Positions 24,026 to 27,633 of a DNA stretch of 27,633 nt are shown one piece after another. Positions within the stretch are counted from its first letter, which is position 1, and each line of letters opens with the position of its first letter. Below the pieces are notes generated by a model. The model saw only the letters and a program-made list of their open reading frames with translations. It had not been told where the DNA came from and did not search any database. The stretch comes from Clostridia bacterium (GTDB lineage Bacteria > Bacillota > Clostridia > DUPQ01): positions 1 to 27,633 of the forward strand of contig JAFGUQ010000263.1 of the NCBI GenBank assembly GCA_016938455.1. Direction: 5' to 3'. Position numbers and translations under genes: made by a program.

Positions 24026-25570
24026 TCATTTATTCAATTGCTTTTTCATCAGGTCTGTTTCGATGACGGCACAATAGCAGGAAAAGTTTCTGTAGTACCT
24101 GTAAAGTCTTTTAATCAAAGGCAAATGCCTGTTGGCATCGCATACAAGTGATACAGCTTTAAAAAAATGAATACAGGAATATCTTTCATCCAGTATATTT
24201 CTCACTACCTTTAAAAAATAGTTTTTTGAGGATGAGGCATATGGAATCGGTCCAAAAAAGGAATCCACATACTCATACAGGAACTTTTTCATATATTTCT
24301 TTTCAATGCTGACATGACTGAAGAAATCAAGAATGTCATTATCCAGAAGTGGCATATGCCATTCAAGCCCGTAAAAGTCGTAAGCTCTGACTGAGTTGAT
24401 CAGATATAAGACGGTATAGGAATCAAGAGAAAATCGTTCGTATGCCTGACACAAATCATAAAAGTCCTTATGAAGGCTCATTTCATCACTGATACATTTA
24501 ACACGTTCTTTCAAATATTTCATTTGAACCGATTCCATATTCTTGTAATCATAGAACATCATTCTGCTTCGGTACATGACAGGAGTCAAGCTGATGTTAA
24601 GCATTTCCTCACTGTAGAATGATCGCCCTGCCACATTTCCAAGATGCCCCGGAACAATGATTGCATTTTTCTGGATGATGTTTTTTGTCAACAATTCTCT
24701 AATCACAAAATGTTCCCGAAGATGAGCCGTCACCATCATGTTAGAAGCATAATCCACATAATCAAGGCTTTCCTCTTCTTCATACACATTTGCCCATTCA
24801 CGCCTGTTATGCTTAATGAAAACGTGTTTGAATCCGAGTTTCTCTGCTGCTTTTACAGCCGGCTGATATTCTTCTGAATGTTTTGATCCATAGGTCACCA
24901 GAATTGTGTTCTCATAATTCATCTTTTTCAGCAGCATGGCACAGAATCTGGAGTCAACCCCTCCACTAAGCATTAATACACACTGTCTTTTATTAAGCCG
25001 CGTTTTCAATCGTCCGATTACATTGTCAACTACCTTGTCAAATCTTTTTGTTAAACTGCTGTCATCATAAATATTTTCTTTTACATAGGTATATTTAAAA
25101 TATTTATCACGACTCAGCTGAGAAGTTTTTTTATCAAACAGGATATATTCTGACGGCATCAGCTTATAAATGTTTTCAACAAACGTTTCATTGAAATTAA
25201 TATAACCGGTATAGACAAGATCGCTATATCCATCTTGACAGATATTCTGCTGAGAGGTCATTTTCACAATATAGTTCACACTGTCGCTGATATAAAGCTC
25301 TTGATTGAACAGCGAGTAGCATAAATGGTAAGTACTGAAATGATCCTGAAAAGCCAAGGTGAATTCATCGGTATCGACTATAATGGAAAAACTGCCGTTT
25401 AATTTGCTGATAAAAGAAATGATCTCTTCCGGTGTATTCATTACACTTAGCTTCTTTGAAAGCTCATGACCGCTTTGAATGGTATTTTCAAGAAAGGCAA
25501 AGCCTCTGAAATAGACCCCGTCATTCACATAACATTTATTCGCGATTCTGTTCATTGATATGTTACTCAT
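24026..25570 (-). CDS. Asparagine synthetase-like PP-loop ATP pyrophosphatase with a degenerate (Cys-less) N-terminal Ntn domain
   Basis: 514 aa. The PP-loop is MLSGGVDSRF (residues 200-209). The N-terminal region retains AsnB-like strands (NGSFSIIV..., ELYISDS), but residue 2 is Ser rather than the nucleophilic Cys. Confidence 0.8.
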   Translation of the reverse strand: MSNISMNRIANKCYVNDGVYFRGFAFLENTIQSGHELSKKLSVMNTPEEIISFISKLNGSFSIIVDTDEFTLAFQDHFSTYHLCYSLFNQELYISDSVNYIVKMTSQQNICQDGYSDLVYTGYINFNETFVENIYKLMPSEYILFDKKTSQLSRDKYFKYTYVKENIYDDSSLTKRFDKVVDNVIGRLKTRLNKRQCVLMLSGGVDSRFCAMLLKKMNYENTILVTYGSKHSEEYQPAVKAAEKLGFKHVFIKHNRREWANVYEEEESLDYVDYASNMMVTAHLREHFVIRELLTKNIIQKNAIIVPGHLGNVAGRSFYSEEMLNISLTPVMYRSRMMFYDYKNMESVQMKYLKERVKCISDEMSLHKDFYDLCQAYERFSLDSYTVLYLINSVRAYDFYGLEWHMPLLDNDILDFFSHVSIEKKYMKKFLYEYVDSFFGPIPYASSSKNYFLKVVRNILDERYSCIHFFKAVSLVCDANRHLPLIKRLYRYYRNFSCYCAVIETDLMKKQLNK

Positions 25571-25594
25571 TTTCCTGATTATATACTAATTAAA

Positions 25595-25623
25595 TTGACA
25601 TATCAATGAGATGAATATAAAAT
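25595..25623 (+). promoter_or_regulatory. Promoter candidate for the dehydrogenase gene (TTGACA-N17-TAAAAT)
   Basis: TTGACA is at 25595-25600, followed by a 17-nt spacer and TAAAAT at 25618-25623. It lies about 22 nt upstream of the first ATG. Confidence 0.45.
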
Positions 25624-25644
25624 TTAGAAGATGATGAAAGGGAC

Positions 25645-26892
25645 ATGATAATGAAAATTTGCATAATTGGTCTTGGATATATCGGAATACCTACAGCGAC
25701 GATGTTTGCTTCAAAAGGCTATGAAGTCATCGGAGTCGATATCAGAGAAAATGTGGTCAAAGCCATCAACAGCAAGCATCTTCCAATAGAAGAAAAAGGG
25801 CTTAGTGAACTTTTTTCAAATCATCCATTCAAGGCTTCACTGACACCGGAAATCGCTGATGTGTTTATCATCTGTGTAGGAACTCCTACTGACGAAAACA
25901 GGAAAGTGGATTTAACTGCAGTAATCAGTGCATCAAGAGATATTGCTCCCTATATAAAAAGAAATGACCTTGTCATTCTTGAATCCACAGTACCTCCAGG
26001 AACTACCAATGATATCGTGCTTCCTATACTTGAAAAAGAAAACCTGAAAGCAGGAGTTGATTTTAATCTTGTTCATTCGCCGGAAAGAGTCATTCCAGGA
26101 AACATGTTGCAGGAGCTTTTAAGCAATGACCGCATTATGGGTGGCATCACAAGAGAAGGGGCTGTCCGGGCCAAGGAACTGTATTCCAGTTTTGTCAAAG
26201 GGCAGATCTATGTCACAGATGCCAAAACTGCAGAAACAGCAAAACTGATGGAAAACACATTCAGAACGGTCAATATCGCTTTGGCAAATGAAGTGGCTAT
26301 GATCAGCGAAACCCTTGGTATCAATGCATGGGAAGTGATTGAACTGGCCAATAAGCATCCAAGAGTCAATATACACTCTCCCGGTCCTGGCGTCGGTGGA
26401 CACTGTATTCCTGTTGATCCGTGGTTCATTGTAGAAAAAGCACCGGAAGAATCACAATTGATTCGTATGTCTCTTGAAAAAAATCACTCCATGCCTGCAT
26501 TTACCGTCAATAGAATATTCAATATTCTTGGTGGAGAAAAAGGATTTAAAATCTGCCTTCTCGGGGCTACCTATAAAGCCAATACCGATGATATCAGAGA
26601 AAGTCCGACTTTTGATATTGTCAGATTGCTTGAAAAAGAGAATCAGGTGACTTTATATGATCCCCATGTAAACGAGTATTCAGAAAAAGATCTGTATGAC
26701 TGCTGTGAGTCATGCGATCTTCTAGTTCTTTTAGTCGATCATCAGCAATTCAAGGATATTGACTACCTGAAATTACATAAAATCATGAAAAAACCCCAGC
26801 TTTTTGACACTAAGAACTTCATTAACCGGAAGTCTGTAACTGAGCTTGGGTTTTCCTATCATTTACTTGGAGATGGTTCACTCAAGGATTAA
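25645..26892 (+). CDS. wecC: UDP-N-acetyl-D-mannosamine dehydrogenase (WecC/Cap5O-type nucleotide-sugar dehydrogenase)
   Basis: 415 aa. The Rossmann motif is KICIIGLGYIGIPTA. The catalytic Cys block GPGVGGHCIPVDPWF is typical of the ManNAc-dehydrogenase branch. The start may instead be the ATG at 25651. Confidence 0.85.
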   Translation: MIMKICIIGLGYIGIPTATMFASKGYEVIGVDIRENVVKAINSKHLPIEEKGLSELFSNHPFKASLTPEIADVFIICVGTPTDENRKVDLTAVISASRDIAPYIKRNDLVILESTVPPGTTNDIVLPILEKENLKAGVDFNLVHSPERVIPGNMLQELLSNDRIMGGITREGAVRAKELYSSFVKGQIYVTDAKTAETAKLMENTFRTVNIALANEVAMISETLGINAWEVIELANKHPRVNIHSPGPGVGGHCIPVDPWFIVEKAPEESQLIRMSLEKNHSMPAFTVNRIFNILGGEKGFKICLLGATYKANTDDIRESPTFDIVRLLEKENQVTLYDPHVNEYSEKDLYDCCESCDLLVLLVDHQQFKDIDYLKLHKIMKKPQLFDTKNFINRKSVTELGFSYHLLGDGSLKD

Positions 26893-27633
26893 TTTAACCG
26901 TATCAATGCAGATAGGTATACCGTGGTTTCGTCTTCCGATTGCAAGATACATTTTATATTGTCTTACGAACATGGATTTAAGAAGAGTGTTCTCAGAAAA
27001 ATCAATCGCGATTACTTTCCCGTCATATCTGATTAAGCGTTCATCGTCTTTGCTGATTCCGATTTCATCAAGATAATCACTTAAATCAATCAGGATGTCC
27101 TTATCTTTGAAATATCCATATGTGAAATCATCCAGAATGAAAATGTCCATGGTCATCTTTTCAAACTGATTGAAAAAAAGTATGTTTCCATTCATGTCCT
27201 TTGACAGCAGCAAAGAATCAGGACCAGTGATGTCAATCGTGCTGATATAGGCGGATTTAGTCAAGCCCGAATCTTCAATATAGCTTCCGAGCACTTCAAT
27301 ATCCGCATGGTAATAGTACCCCATGAAATAGACATTAACGTCATCTTTCGCTCTGATGGCATAAAAGAACAAGATGATGGCAATGACACTCAGCACCAGC
27401 ATTGTTCCTATCATAAACAATCGTCTGTTGACTTTTCTTTTCCCGGCTTTTATTTGCTCTTCTGTTCTTTTTTCTTTATGCGTCAGTTGTATATAGGCTT
27501 CTGTCACTTTATCAAGCTCTATTGTGTCATCATTTTTTGCTCTCATTGTCAATATATAGAAAGCATCCTCTATCTCATTTTGGCCTGCATTCTCATCAAG
27601 CTCAAGTAATTTCAATAATTCTTTTCTTTCCAT
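26878..27633 (-). CDS. Single-pass membrane protein with a degenerate J-like N-terminal domain (no HPD) and an extracytoplasmic C-terminal domain
   Basis: 251 aa. LLELDENAGQNEIEDAFYILTMRAKNDD...VTEAYIQL resembles J-domain helices II-III, but the HPD tripeptide is missing. The TM helix is LFMIGTMLVLSVIAIILFFYAI. The start codon is the last triplet of the window, so the true 5' end cannot be confirmed. The 3' end overlaps wecC by 15 nt. Confidence 0.6.
   Translation of the reverse strand: MERKELLKLLELDENAGQNEIEDAFYILTMRAKNDDTIELDKVTEAYIQLTHKEKRTEEQIKAGKRKVNRRLFMIGTMLVLSVIAIILFFYAIRAKDDVNVYFMGYYYHADIEVLGSYIEDSGLTKSAYISTIDITGPDSLLLSKDMNGNILFFNQFEKMTMDIFILDDFTYGYFKDKDILIDLSDYLDEIGISKDDERLIRYDGKVIAIDFSENTLLKSMFVRQYKMYLAIGRRNHGIPICIDTVKLILE

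Noticed and set aside
24026-25570. AsnB-like protein as a lasso-peptide cyclase (McjC-type) or beta-lactam-synthetase-like enzyme
   Set aside because: Lasso clusters need a precursor peptide and a transglutaminase-like leader protease or RRE nearby. The flanking gaps are only 47 and 74 nt and contain no small ORF, and the neighbours are a helicase and a sugar dehydrogenase. This cannot be fully excluded without phylogeny.
1-27633. Search for CRISPR arrays, tRNA/rRNA genes, IS elements, integrases, inverted terminal repeats, riboswitch-sized leaders and prophage genes
   Set aside because: No intergenic region exceeds about 105 nt. No spaced direct-repeat array, cloverleaf-capable segment or transposase/recombinase motif was seen by eye. 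A T-box, riboswitch or other structured leader would not fit in the available gaps.

Overview
AT-rich, very densely coded chromosomal segment that looks like a low-GC Firmicute (Bacillota). The gene content and order resemble the Bacillus subtilis yaaO-tmk-yaaQ(darA)-holB-yaaT(ricT) neighbourhood and the clostridial birA-coaX pairing. Almost all genes are on the minus strand. I found no rRNA, tRNA, CRISPR array, transposase or integrase, and no intergenic gap exceeds about 105 nt.

From left to right the window contains:
- a 5'-truncated C-N hydrolase/GDPD fusion gene
- an Ogg-type 8-oxoguanine glycosylase
- an uncharacterised double CxxC...GFCxxH protein
- a P-loop NTPase/Asp23 fusion
- a YbxB/RsmC-like methyltransferase
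- a double-SIS sugar-phosphate isomerase or deaminase
- a 56-aa 2x[4Fe-4S] ferredoxin, too short to appear in the ORF track
- a roughly 10 kb, 14-gene minus-strand array: secreted protein, Fe-ADH, DHPS-like, orf193, birA, Asn-rich protein, coaX, PLP decarboxylase, tmk, darA, holB, ricT, ferredoxin. It is bracketed by a consensus-like promoter and a hairpin terminator.
- a cytoplasmic GH31 glycosidase with an Ig-like tail
- alr and nnr
- a PD-(D/E)XK nuclease/XPD-like Fe-S helicase fusion
- an asparagine-synthetase-like PP-loop enzyme lacking the glutaminase cysteine, divergent from a UDP-ManNAc dehydrogenase (WecC-like)
- a J-like membrane protein

I do not see a clear-cut, multi-gene novel system. 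The best candidates for follow-up are single-gene oddities:
- the domain fusions at 1-1539, 3227-4057 and 21612-23978
- the extremely Asn-rich small protein between birA and coaX
- the DHPS homologue that has lost the pABA-binding loops
- the AsnB-like/WecC pair

All domain calls come from motif recognition by eye, not from searches.
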